Positions 1-9,725 of a DNA stretch of 43,095 bases are shown piece by piece (the stretch's first letter is position 1; every line of letters begins with the position of its first letter). Source of the DNA: Amoebidium appalachense (taxonomy: Eukaryota > Protista > Ichthyosporea); the NCBI GenBank assembly GCA_963693365.1, contig CAVNZM010000038.1, positions 1-43,095 of the forward strand, read 5' to 3'. Both the position numbers and the translations under genes were made by a program. The notes under the pieces were generated by a model, which was not told the DNA's origin, searched no databases, and worked only from the letters and a program-made list of their open reading frames with translations.

Positions 1-219
1 GTCGACGTAGCTGTTCTCAGACCCCACATCGTACACCAGCTTGAACGTCTTCTTCTGCCCCGCCACGCGCACCGTCACCATGTGCGTCTTCGAGCACTCG
101 GGGATCAGGAACACCGGCACCTTGCTGTGCCGCGTCGACGTCCGCCGCACGCACGTCTCGAGCCGTCGTGCCCGGCAAGCGCAGCCGCGCCCTCTGGCTT
201 TGCGTTTTCGTTGATGCAT
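1..219 (-). CDS. Partial ORF running off the window; possible retropepsin/pepsin-like aspartic protease domain
   Basis: Manual translation from the ATG at 219: MHQRKRK...HMVTVRVAGQKKTFKLVYDVGSENSYVD, which resembles the hydrophobic-D[T/S]GS aspartic protease motif (here DVGS); absent from the ORF track. Confidence 0.45.
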   Translation of the reverse strand, partial: MHQRKRKARGRGCACRARRLETCVRRTSTRHSKVPVFLIPECSKTHMVTVRVAGQKKTFKLVYDVGSENSYVD

Positions 220-265
220 ACTGGGGGCCCACAATGTAGCGTTGGCCGCTCAACGGCCGCGCCTT

Positions 266-526
266 TTAGGGCTTCTTGAAGCTCTTCCAGCACCGCCGCT
301 TGCGGCAGCAGCCCCGCTTGGGCTTCTTGCGCCCGGGAACCAGGCCCTTGCACTGGCCGGCGTACGAGCACATGACGTACTTCATGTTGTAGTCGGTGAC
401 GCGCTTGATCCACTCGGGATCCGCCGAGGGGAAGCGCTTGTAGAGGTCCTGGCCGATCATGGCCTTGACGTGGTGGTCTGTGATGCCCGTGCTTTCCGGT
501 AACATTTGCAGAAGGCGCAAAAACAT
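266..526 (-). CDS. Small basic, Cys-containing hypothetical protein
   Basis: ORF from the ATG at 526 with GC3-rich codons and a K/R/C-rich C-terminus. Confidence 0.55.
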   Translation of the reverse strand: MFLRLLQMLPESTGITDHHVKAMIGQDLYKRFPSADPEWIKRVTDYNMKYVMCSYAGQCKGLVPGRKKPKRGCCRKRRCWKSFKKP

Positions 527-571
527 ATGCTGCGTCGCGCCGTGGGAGCTATTTTGGTTCACAACGCCCGC

Positions 572-3199
572 CTACTTGACGAGTCGCAACAGCACCGTGT
601 ACCGACCGACCACGAGGTTGTCTTCCAAATCACGCACCTCGACTGACACGGACGTGGCCGCGGTGCGGTGCATGAGCCACATCTGCCCGTGCGAGCTCAG
701 GAGGTCCGCGCGCACCGTGTGGCCGTCACGCACCAGCACGTACGTCAGGCCCGGGCGGGAGCGGCCGGCGTAGTCGTTGGGGTCGGTGGGCATGGTTTCG
801 GCAGTGGATGGGTCCGACTGGAGGGCGGGCCGGCACCAACTGACGCCCCTGCCGAAGACGTCATCGATCTTGACATAGAAAAGCATGGTCGCAGGGGCTG
901 GCCGGGGACACGGAACCATTAAGGCGCTGCCGTCCGTGTAGTAATACCTTCTGGGCGGACGAAACTGCAAGATGCCCACCCTGTCCAGGGCGCTGTTTTC
1001 GAAGTAGCTCCGCCTAATGCTCGCCCAATCCATTTTAGCCGTAACCATCTTCGGGGGTAAAGGGGTATCAAAGTCGACGTCATTGAATGATTCATAGATA
1101 CGACATGATAGAACTTTTTTTGTGGGCTCTGATATCCCAAGGGCACGGCAGAGGGGGCCGGTGAATTCTACACGGATTGGTGTTCTGAAATACTCCGGTG
1201 ACATATAACACAGGTGGCGAAGACGCAACGAATCGTCAGTCCAGAGCAGGGCATTTTCCCAGTTAGGGCGGACGAATATAGTGTAGGTATTCAACTTATC
1301 GTCGTCACCTAAGGGTTGATGACCGATTCTCATGTATACCGCCCTTAAATCTTCCACCACTGCGTCCATAGGATTAGGCGTGTTAGGCACTGGGTTTTCC
1401 TCTGTGAGAATGTACATCAGCGCAAAATATTCTGGCCCGTAGTTGTCCATCCAAGGCTTCATAATGGGGACTGGGCCGTAGGGGTATTCCGCCATTTCGC
1501 TTTGTAACCTTGCATCATAGACTATTGGTTCTGGGTAACTGATCTTTTTTTCTCGGCACACATGTGCAAGTTCCAATGGGGATTTCACTTCTAAATAGAA
1601 AGGCATTAGATAGTCGTGTTTGACCTCGGATGGTTCTATCCTGTTATCGACATGTGGATTATATGGTGATAAACTGACTTCGAATGTGTGGACTGTGTAT
1701 TTTGACACATCAACAGTAACAAGCGATCCAAACTCATTTGAAGTGTAGTAGTATTGGTCTGTACCATGCTGAACCCTGTATATAGTTTGTCGTTCGGAAA
1801 CTTCATTCCCGCCACGAAATTTCCAATTGAACCGATATAGTATACTCTCCAAAAGCACGTGTTCAATTGTATAGTTTATGTCAGAGATCCGATCTGTTTC
1901 GCCGTACAGAGGTTGCGCAAAAAGAAGCCCCCTGTGTATTCTGGCAACGACTGTCCTGCTGGCCAACATGCGGTCATCGATGACGACTATTGAATTAGCC
2001 TCTCGTGGCTTTAGTGAAGAATACGGGTCATGCCCACCAGCTTGGAACCACTCAAGCAGCTCAATAGGCATTGATTCCAGAGGGCGGCTTGAGGGGAAGG
2101 TTGTGGTCGCGTGAACTCTAAGTCTCGTGTAACTCGCACAGTCTTTGGTGTCTTGGAAGTCTTCTGGTGTATAAAAACAGGCCCTATCGCTTAGTGTACC
2201 AGCCGGCAGATCCGGTTTAATATGTGCGCCTGACCCGAAGCCAGCCATTCCCATATTGCCGAACCAGCCTTCATGTATGATTAAAGGTCCATCTGGTGTT
2301 TGCCTCGGTGGTTGAATAAATTCTATCTTTTTCTTGTATGTATCAAGAGTCTTCAAAACAGGCCAACTCTGCATGGGCACAAGACTGATTGGATATCTGT
2401 TCCATTGTATAATGCGTGGAACAGCCGTCCCATTGATATGAAGATCTTGATACGTAGAGTCTGTAGGGTCAAGCTCGGTTGGGCTCAGGTTATGATTGAG
2501 AAACCCAATGGTTGATGTTCGGTCGTAAATTGGTGGTCTTAAACCAAAACTCTCCAGAATATGATTAGATGACAGATACGTCGCCTGAATCCCAAAATTG
2601 AAACGTTTGATCATCGTGTCAATGAGATATGCAGCCGTGTAACGACCTTCGGGGATATTCACGCTGACAGTAATATCACGAAAAGGTGGATCGGGATTGG
2701 TAAGAAGTGTGGGTGCATCTCGCACCACACAACTGACAGTGTTGTTCTTCGCCGTCACAACAAAACCCTCCTCCGTGCTCCCGTGCACGGTCACTGACTC
2801 TACTTGCACCCCCCGAACGCCGTGCACGCGCTGTGCAAGCTGTGTGGTCACCTTGGAATCGGGTGCGGCCATTGAATTGCTCAGGAGCACATACTCGTCC
2901 TCCACTCTACCGCCCGCATCTCGGCTGTATCCACCCATCCCCGCCTGCACGTTACCCCCGTCTGCCCCATGCTCACGGCTGCCCGACGTGGAACCCTCCC
3001 TCACGGTCCGCGTCTGCGCCTGCCGAACTGCACCCCCCACGCCCTGCTTGTTCTGCTGTCTCTGCGCATTTCCCTGCTCTCCCCCTTCCACAAAGGCCTT
3101 CATCTCGGCGTAGATCTTGGCCCGGGACCCGGAGTACGGGGGCATGCCGGGCGTGCGCGACGCACGCCGCCCGTCGCTGTCTGAACCCCGCGTGGCCAT
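572..3199 (-). CDS. Penton-like minor capsid protein (single jelly roll) with a very large insertion domain
   Basis: 875 aa; VRGVQVESVTV...NNTVS...VNIPEGRYTAAYLIDTM and C-terminal SVSVEVRDLEDNLV..YTVLLRL match the penton pattern and the paralogue at 18337. Confidence 0.65.
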   Translation of the reverse strand: MATRGSDSDGRRASRTPGMPPYSGSRAKIYAEMKAFVEGGEQGNAQRQQNKQGVGGAVRQAQTRTVREGSTSGSREHGADGGNVQAGMGGYSRDAGGRVEDEYVLLSNSMAAPDSKVTTQLAQRVHGVRGVQVESVTVHGSTEEGFVVTAKNNTVSCVVRDAPTLLTNPDPPFRDITVSVNIPEGRYTAAYLIDTMIKRFNFGIQATYLSSNHILESFGLRPPIYDRTSTIGFLNHNLSPTELDPTDSTYQDLHINGTAVPRIIQWNRYPISLVPMQSWPVLKTLDTYKKKIEFIQPPRQTPDGPLIIHEGWFGNMGMAGFGSGAHIKPDLPAGTLSDRACFYTPEDFQDTKDCASYTRLRVHATTTFPSSRPLESMPIELLEWFQAGGHDPYSSLKPREANSIVVIDDRMLASRTVVARIHRGLLFAQPLYGETDRISDINYTIEHVLLESILYRFNWKFRGGNEVSERQTIYRVQHGTDQYYYTSNEFGSLVTVDVSKYTVHTFEVSLSPYNPHVDNRIEPSEVKHDYLMPFYLEVKSPLELAHVCREKKISYPEPIVYDARLQSEMAEYPYGPVPIMKPWMDNYGPEYFALMYILTEENPVPNTPNPMDAVVEDLRAVYMRIGHQPLGDDDKLNTYTIFVRPNWENALLWTDDSLRLRHLCYMSPEYFRTPIRVEFTGPLCRALGISEPTKKVLSCRIYESFNDVDFDTPLPPKMVTAKMDWASIRRSYFENSALDRVGILQFRPPRRYYYTDGSALMVPCPRPAPATMLFYVKIDDVFGRGVSWCRPALQSDPSTAETMPTDPNDYAGRSRPGLTYVLVRDGHTVRADLLSSHGQMWLMHRTAATSVSVEVRDLEDNLVVGRYTVLLRLVK

Positions 3200-3224
3200 T
3201 AGTGAGTCTCACCATTTTATTGGA

Positions 3225-4667
3225 TCAACCAGCTCCCAGCAGCAGCAGCACGAGCGCCACCGCGATCACCAGGCCCCAGTACGCCGCGGCGTTCGCGTGC
3301 GCCCAGGCGCTTGCCGACCCCAGTGGTGTTGGGGCAGGCTGTGTCGGCACAGGCGGCGCAGGCGGGTTCTGCGAGTCCTTTCCAGCCTCCCCAGGCACAC
3401 CGGGTACGGCCGGAGCCCCGGGCTCTGAGGGCTTGTTGTCGGGGTTGGTGTTGGTGGTGGTGGCACCCGACTCCTCCTTGCCGATCTGCATGAGGCACTG
3501 CTGTACCTGCGTGGCCTGGATCTTGGCGTCAGTGTTCTCCGTGACCTCCATGGCCTGGTTGCAGATCTGCACGTTGAGCGCCGTGCACTCCTCGTTCTCC
3601 ATGTCGCGCGTCTTGTAGCCCTGCACCTTGCACACGGCGTGGTGGCACTGCACGCTCCAGCCGAACTTCTTCTTGAGTGTGGCGTGGTCCATTCCCGCCG
3701 GCAGCGGCGCAAAGCACCCGCACGTGGGATCATTGACCCCGGCCTCGGTCTTGCAAAAGAACTCGGCATATGCATTCACAGCGCTGTCCTGTGTTGCCGG
3801 GAAAAGGTAGTTCTTGTCCATGCGAGCCTGGTCGTGCAGCGGAACCACCGAATCGTCCCGCCCGCGCGAAAACTCGAGGAGGTCGCGCAGCCGCAGCGGC
3901 CTAGCGGTGTCCCAGTTCTGCTCTCGCTTGTAGTCAAACTTGTACAGCAGGTAGCGGTCGTGCATGCGCAGGAGGCTCACGGGCCGCATGGTGTGGTCGT
4001 TTCCCTTGGCCAGCTCGCCGCGGTACTGGACTCGCAGCTTGGACTGCTGCAGGGACACAAGGTGGCGGTGCGGGGCGCGCAGCCAGTAGTCCGGGTTCCA
4101 GTACTTCTGGTAGTCGTCCCACTTCCAGTCCTGGTTCTTCCTTGAGGCCGAAGGGGCGCACATCTTGTCGCCGGGGTTGTACGTGGGGAAGGCCGGTTGG
4201 TCGCTGAGCGCCACGTAGTCGGCCGGGCACGTGAGCACCTTGAGCCGGGTGGCGTTCTGGCGGGTGCTGGCCGGGCACCCAACGGCCTGTGCGTCCTCCT
4301 GGATGTCTGCCAGGCTGGGGGTGTAGCAGAATCGCGGGTCGTCGTAGATCAGACACACCAGGTCCGAGTCGACGGGGTTGTACTCGGGGTCGCCGTGGTT
4401 TCGCCTGCAGCCGGCGGGGTCCTCTGCGGTCGCACACGAGGCCCACGACACAAAAGAGACGGCCTTGTATTTCGGGAACGCAGGGTGTGGCAGGGGGAAC
4501 TGGAGCTTGAGCGAGGGCATGCGCCCACCGTGGTGCGCCCACTCGTTGCCGAACTGCCAGTCCCACAGTTGCTTTCGGTACTCGTCCCAGCGCACGAACT
4601 TCCACGGGTAGTCCGGGTTCTCCTTGAGACGCTCGATGTCGTCCTTTCCCCAGGTGATGTTGGCCAT
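3225..4667 (-). CDS. Poxvirus A16/G9/J5-family entry-fusion-complex-like membrane protein
   Basis: Cys array FC...DPTCGC...VQCHHAVC..QGY......C..LNVQICNQ, then a Pro-rich stalk and a C-terminal TM helix (YWGLVIAVALVLLLLG). Confidence 0.75.
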   Translation of the reverse strand: MANITWGKDDIERLKENPDYPWKFVRWDEYRKQLWDWQFGNEWAHHGGRMPSLKLQFPLPHPAFPKYKAVSFVSWASCATAEDPAGCRRNHGDPEYNPVDSDLVCLIYDDPRFCYTPSLADIQEDAQAVGCPASTRQNATRLKVLTCPADYVALSDQPAFPTYNPGDKMCAPSASRKNQDWKWDDYQKYWNPDYWLRAPHRHLVSLQQSKLRVQYRGELAKGNDHTMRPVSLLRMHDRYLLYKFDYKREQNWDTARPLRLRDLLEFSRGRDDSVVPLHDQARMDKNYLFPATQDSAVNAYAEFFCKTEAGVNDPTCGCFAPLPAGMDHATLKKKFGWSVQCHHAVCKVQGYKTRDMENEECTALNVQICNQAMEVTENTDAKIQATQVQQCLMQIGKEESGATTTNTNPDNKPSEPGAPAVPGVPGEAGKDSQNPPAPPVPTQPAPTPLGSASAWAHANAAAYWGLVIAVALVLLLLGAG

Positions 4668-5419
4668 CAGTTACCATCCTCCCCATTAATTTGTGCACGC
4701 CGGGCCTGCAGCCAAAGCAGCGCGCGGGCGGCCAGGGCACCAGCCACGCCGCCCAGCAGGGGCCCCAGGAAGAAGATCCACAGGTGCTTGAGGTCGTGGC
4801 TGTCGCCAAACGTGGCCGCCGCAAGGCTGCGTGCGGGGTTGATGGAGCAGCCGGTGACAGTGACCAACAGCATGTGCATGAGAAACACCACAGACCCGAT
4901 GGCCAGAGGGGAAATGACGGGCGCGATGTTCGCAAGCTTGGGATGCTTGCATGCGAGCGACACCGTAAACACCAAGAACGCCGTGGCGAGCAACTCCATG
5001 GCCAGGGCCTCGGCCTGGGTGGTCCCGCCGACAAGCCCGTTTGTTCCGAACGAGCCGTGGAGGGCGGGAGGCATGCCGGCCCGCAGCAACGCCGTGCCCA
5101 CGATACCTCCGGTAAACTGGGCGGTGAAGTAGAGCGGGAGAAGCACGGGGTCCAGCCAACCGGCGGCAACCATGCCCAGAGTCACCGCCGGGTTGACGTG
5201 GGCACCCGACACGGGGCCCAGCACGGCCACCAGCCCCCCAACAACACCCCCGAACCCGGCGGCCACAGCAAGGACGTCAGCGGCCGATGATGCACCGTGT
5301 GAGGTTTCACCCGTGGCCATGGCGATGCCGATGGCGGTGAAGGTGAGCAGGGCGGTGCCGCAGAACTCGGCGATGAAGGTGGGTGCGTTGTGCAGGAGGA
5401 AGGACTTCACGCTCTGCAT
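4667..5419 (-). CDS. Aquaporin (MIP family), intronless
   Basis: AEFCGT, SGAHVNPAVT and TGCSINPARS motifs, multiple hydrophobic helices and a WIFFLGPLLG tail; ATG at 5419. Confidence 0.97.
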   Translation of the reverse strand: MQSVKSFLLHNAPTFIAEFCGTALLTFTAIGIAMATGETSHGASSAADVLAVAAGFGGVVGGLVAVLGPVSGAHVNPAVTLGMVAAGWLDPVLLPLYFTAQFTGGIVGTALLRAGMPPALHGSFGTNGLVGGTTQAEALAMELLATAFLVFTVSLACKHPKLANIAPVISPLAIGSVVFLMHMLLVTVTGCSINPARSLAAATFGDSHDLKHLWIFFLGPLLGGVAGALAARALLWLQARRAQINGEDGN

Positions 5420-5454
5420 GGTTGAGTGTGGCACACATTTTGTGGGGTGTCGGT

Positions 5455-6285
5455 TTATTTGGACTTTTTGAGGATCTCGCGGGGGCGCTCTACCAGCATG
5501 CCAAGGGAAGTGTGTGGGGGGACCAGGTGGATGATCTCGGTGGCGCTCTCCGTGGTGTTGTACGGCTCGCTTAGGAGCACCACGGAGTCGTACCCACGGG
5601 CCCGGGCCTCATTGATGAGGTCGAAGTCGTAGAAGTCAAAGTAGCCCGTTCCAACAATGGAGCTGTAGTGTGCGCCGCTGCGCATGAGCTCGACGAGTCT
5701 GTCCACCTCAGCCACGTAGTGCTTCTTGTTCTGCGTTTTGGAGAGCACCTGAGACACGAAGTACTGGTCGCCCGGATGGAAGGACTCTTTGGTCAGTCGG
5801 TTGTGGAAGTTCCAGTTCAGCTGCACCAGCGCGTCCAGCTTGGTTTTGGCCACCAGGGGGTTGGCAAGGTTCAGGTACAGGGCGGTGGTGTCTGGGGCGG
5901 CATAGTAAAAGGTATAGGTGGGGCCATTTGGTGCCTTGCGTACGTCACTGGCCCGTCCGAACCGCATGACCTCCACATACCCCCTGCTAAACGACTCCAG
6001 TTTTGGAAACGGCCGCATGGTGCACGTCGTCGAGGGCTCACGGTACAGCTTGTCCCGCCTACAGAATTTTGGCGGGTTTTTAAGAAGGAAGTAAGCGTTG
6101 CGCCTGCGCAGGTCGAATGGGCAGCTGTCGGTCTTGTGCACGGCCTTCATGTAGTGTGGGTTGCAGCGGCTGGCCTTGAGCTTGTCGTAGCTGAAGACGC
6201 GCTTGCGGGCGCTGCTGTTGAACAGGTGCTTGTACTCGGTGATGGGCCGTAGCGGCCTGCGCTCACGCGTGCTGGGTGCGTCCAT
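5455..6285 (-). CDS. Hypothetical protein, possibly ADP-ribosyltransferase-like fold
   Basis: 276-aa ORF with GC3 bias; C-terminal GYDSVVL...TEII pattern; stop codon lies inside AATAAA. Confidence 0.6.
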   Translation of the reverse strand: MDAPSTRERRPLRPITEYKHLFNSSARKRVFSYDKLKASRCNPHYMKAVHKTDSCPFDLRRRNAYFLLKNPPKFCRRDKLYREPSTTCTMRPFPKLESFSRGYVEVMRFGRASDVRKAPNGPTYTFYYAAPDTTALYLNLANPLVAKTKLDALVQLNWNFHNRLTKESFHPGDQYFVSQVLSKTQNKKHYVAEVDRLVELMRSGAHYSSIVGTGYFDFYDFDLINEARARGYDSVVLLSEPYNTTESATEIIHLVPPHTSLGMLVERPREILKKSK

Positions 6286-6292
6286 CGTGTTG

Positions 6293-6502
6293 TCAGTTGG
6301 CCTTCTTTTTTTGCTCGGGGGCCACCGCAGCCGCCTTGGCACTGCGCGACCGGAAAATCTCCTCGTACATCTTCTCCATGGACGGCCGCGGGGTCTGCTC
6401 GGTCACCTCCCTGCCGTTGAGCTGCAGGTACGTGATCAGTTGGGCAGTGGAAAGGTGGTCGGCCAGACCCACGTGTGGGGATGTGCGGGCGTGCTTGCGC
6501 AT
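6293..6502 (-). CDS. Small hypothetical protein with a basic C-terminal tail
   Basis: 69-aa ATG ORF filling the gap between co-oriented genes. Confidence 0.45.
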   Translation of the reverse strand: MRKHARTSPHVGLADHLSTAQLITYLQLNGREVTEQTPRPSMEKMYEEIFRSRSAKAAAVAPEQKKKAN

Positions 6503-6532
6503 GTTCTACAGGAGGGGGAACAATTTACAACT

Positions 6533-6916
6533 TTACTCAAGCACCCGCCCGGGGTTCAGCAGCACCAGGGCCTCCTTGGGCCCGCCCTGGGCCTTGCTGC
6601 CCCGCACGTACCAGCCGTCCACGCCGAACGCCTGGCACAGCGTGCGTGCGCGGCGCTGCTGCACGGCCGTCAGCTTCGTGCGCTGCGAGAGCGCCAGCAG
6701 GAGCTGCTTCTCGGGGCTGGGCTGCCCGAGGTCGGGGAGGAGCAGCGTGATGTCGGTCTTGACGGTGTACTGGACGGCATGGACGCCCCTCTTCGCGAGG
6801 TGCGTGCCGTTGCTGAGGATGCGTGCGCCCTTACGGATCGCGAGGGTGACGTTGCCGTTGAAGTGGCGGGAGTTGCACATCTTGCGGTCGAGACACAACC
6901 CGTTCGGTGCGGGCAT
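6533..6916 (-). CDS. Hypothetical protein
   Basis: 127-aa ATG ORF, GC3-rich; GVDGWYV...KEALVLLNP tail resembles that of the 5455 ORF. Confidence 0.55.
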   Translation of the reverse strand: MPAPNGLCLDRKMCNSRHFNGNVTLAIRKGARILSNGTHLAKRGVHAVQYTVKTDITLLLPDLGQPSPEKQLLLALSQRTKLTAVQQRRARTLCQAFGVDGWYVRGSKAQGGPKEALVLLNPGRVLE

Positions 6917-7001
6917 TTACGAGGGGCTTGCATTATGTGAGGTGCTTTCGGCTTGGCACGCTGCGGCTGTTGGTTTTTGCACTTCAAGGGCTTCCTGGCG
7001 A

Positions 7002-7012
7002 AGGTATAAAAG
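7002..7012 (+). promoter_or_regulatory. TATA box AGGTATAAAAG
   Basis: 42 nt upstream of the ATG at 7047; motif recurs across the element. Confidence 0.7.
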
Positions 7013-7046
7013 GCCAACACACTCCCACAGGAGCTCAGTCTGCAAC

Positions 7047-8268
7047 ATGGCACTCCCTCCACCTTCATCTACTCTGACCTCTACCCTGGGGCCCAAGGCT
7101 GCACTGCTCGGCGAGTTCGCCAAGTTCTGGGACCTGGACGGCGACATCGACGAGCTGGCCATCAACGAGGAGCTGAGCGGGGCCCGTGTGGGTGCGCTTA
7201 TTTATGACTTCAAAGAAGAGAGAGATACCAGGAAAAGGATCATCCGTTCTCTTCGAAGCATGCCCTGTCTTGTCTATGACATCGACTACAAGACCACGGA
7301 GGTCACGAGGTATGAAATCTTGCATAGGGAGGAAATTTTATCAAATGGGAATTCGCGACCCGTTGGTCGCAAACTAACAATCGATAACAAACATGCATGA
7401 CATTCTTGTTTATTTGATTTAAACAGGTTTAATCCAACAACCAAGTACCGGGACCCGAAAGTCCCGGTTTTTGATTAGTCGACGAATGTATTAAAATTTA
7501 ACTTCAATTAACCAGTTTACCACATTCACAGGTCCTCAAACCGCGGCCCTACCCCCCTTGGAGGTTTTCATGAACGTGAGGTCCTTCAAGCTGTTGGTTA
7601 TGATGGTGGAGACATCAGTTGGTCAGGCTGTGCGTAACTACTACTTGACTGTGGAGCAAGCCTTCAAGGTACTGCACCGCCAGAACCGTGCGCAGGTCGA
7701 GGCCGCTCTGGCCGAGGCAACCGCGCGTGCCCTTGAGCACGAGACCCGCACCATGCAGCTGTCCAACAACCTGGAGAAGATGGAGCAGTGGTACACGCAG
7801 ACGGCAGAGCTTCTGGACTCCGCCAACGAGCGCCTGGCAATGCACGAGTGCGACGATGACCACCCCCAGCGCATCGTGTCCCTTCCCCCTGGAACAATCC
7901 CTGCGGCTCGCTGCATGGAGACCGACTACGGGAGAGAGCTGGCCCGCAAGGTGTTCCATGACGCAGCCATAGTGCTGTGGCGCAACCACGAGGAGTTCGA
8001 GCACCGGTTTGACCCCAGCTACTGGAACACGTTCATCAAGTGGCACATGAATGTGGACGTCGATCAGGGCATGTACCGCTCGCACATCAACGTGTACACC
8101 GCCATGTGTAAGGCCGCAAACGTCCTGCACGGGGTGCCCAAGATTACCCACCTGACCTACACCCAGCTCTATGATGTGCTGCGCCGCCTGGTGCAGATGG
8201 ACTGCGGCCTGGTGCAGAAGACCGAACTCGAGTTGGTGTTCGGTGACCAGATCTACATCCCTCTTTAG
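7047..8268 (+). CDS. Viral antirepressor-like (MSV199/AntA-like) DNA-binding protein, probably split by one spliceosomal intron (~7310-7531)
   Basis: Second part has EVFMNVRSFKLLVMMVETSVGQAVRNYYLTVE; GC-rich coding blocks flank an AT-rich stretch starting GTATGA (7310) and ending CACAG (7531); the join needs a 1-nt correction in the C-run at 7552-7557 or alternative splice sites. Confidence 0.55.
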
Positions 8269-8555
8269 AGGGTTCGGGGGGGGGTCGTGTTAATTTTTAG
8301 CCATTGGCTTGAACCATTTTTGACACCCGTGGGTGTAGAAATTCCGATGATTTGATTGGTCCGTATTGTCTCACTTCTCAAATAAAGTACCCGTTCAGTT
8401 CGTTCAGCAGGTTCAGCAGCATGGCCGCAAACAGCACGAACGTGGCGAACAGCCGCGCGTACTTGAGCTTGTAGTCAAACGTCCATTGGTCGGGCAGGAG
8501 CTTCATGTTGCTTCAGCCCCCTATTTTATTGCCTGGTTGCCCCGTCCCCACCCCC

Positions 8556-9662
8556 TTACCCCTCCTTCGTCTCCTTGCCCTGGTTCAACATCTCCGCCAG
8601 CCTTCGCTTGCGCGCCTGCATGCGCGTGCGCGTCTCCTGGTCCACGTAGTCGTCGTCGTCCGAGGTCTCGACGTCCTCGCCAGCCGCCCGGCGTGACTCG
8701 CGGTCGGTGACGTAGGCGCCGTAGAGGTCCGTGATGACCCGTGCGTCCTTGTTGATGGGATGCGGGAACCCGGCCACCAGCTCCGGCAGCCGCGGCGTGC
8801 ACTTCTGCACGCGCACGCGCACGTACTGCACGCGGAGCATCTCGTAGCGCGCGAGCAGCGTCTCGTGGTCGTCCTTGAGCTTGTTGAACTGGATCTCCTT
8901 CTGCTGCAGCGCGGCCACGCGGGCGTTGAGGTGGCGGATGTGCTCGACGTAGCGCTCGCACTCGGGGTTGCTGCGCTTCATCTTCTCCAGTTGGTCCTTG
9001 AGCAGCTCGTTCTCGCGCTTGGCCGCGTGCAGCTGGCCCTTGTCCTCCACCGTCTCCTTGAGCGACTTGTAGTTGGCCCGCAGCTCCACCAGCTCGCGGT
9101 TGTTGGTCTCGGCGTTCTGGATGGACTCGCGTGCCTCGCGCAGGTCCAGCATGATGGCACGGGCGGTGGACTCGTCCACGCCCTTGCGCTGCAGCGTGCT
9201 CTGGTCGCCGATGCCCTGCAGGATGTGCACCAACACGTTGGCAATCTCGCGTGTGAGCGCGCCGTTGCTGCGGTTGGTCCCGTTCAGCTGCTCGCGGAAC
9301 CGGGACATGTCAATGGGCAACTTCCACACGACCTCCTTCGAGTCCTTGTTTATATTCCCGTCCTTGTCCAAAGTGGGCATGTCCGAAAACGCCAGCTCCA
9401 CAGCCATTGTAGCAGTGGAGTTGTCACTGGCAAATGATTGCAGGGCAGTTTCGATGGCCGGCGGGAGTTTGTTGTAGATGTCGCCTATCACTTTCTGGTG
9501 GCTCGAGATGACGGCGTTGTTTTGGTTCAACAGCTTGGCGATCATATCGGTTACACTCTTGATGTCCTGTGTTTGCACGATGCCACTCGGCCCTCCACCC
9601 CCAAACTTCAATTTCGTGAGGATCTCTATAGCCCTGTTAAGATCATCCTGGCTCATGCTCAT
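8556..9662 (-). CDS. Coiled-coil hypothetical protein
   Basis: Long ORF with a heptad-rich E/K/L/R central region; AATAAA just downstream. Confidence 0.75.
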   Translation of the reverse strand: MSMSQDDLNRAIEILTKLKFGGGGPSGIVQTQDIKSVTDMIAKLLNQNNAVISSHQKVIGDIYNKLPPAIETALQSFASDNSTATMAVELAFSDMPTLDKDGNINKDSKEVVWKLPIDMSRFREQLNGTNRSNGALTREIANVLVHILQGIGDQSTLQRKGVDESTARAIMLDLREARESIQNAETNNRELVELRANYKSLKETVEDKGQLHAAKRENELLKDQLEKMKRSNPECERYVEHIRHLNARVAALQQKEIQFNKLKDDHETLLARYEMLRVQYVRVRVQKCTPRLPELVAGFPHPINKDARVITDLYGAYVTDRESRRAAGEDVETSDDDDYVDQETRTRMQARKRRLAEMLNQGKETKEG

Positions 9663-9725
9663 TTGCTCTTGTCCCACATAATGCAGCTTTGGCCACACCC
9701 CACCGCATTATTCCCTCGGTCAACA

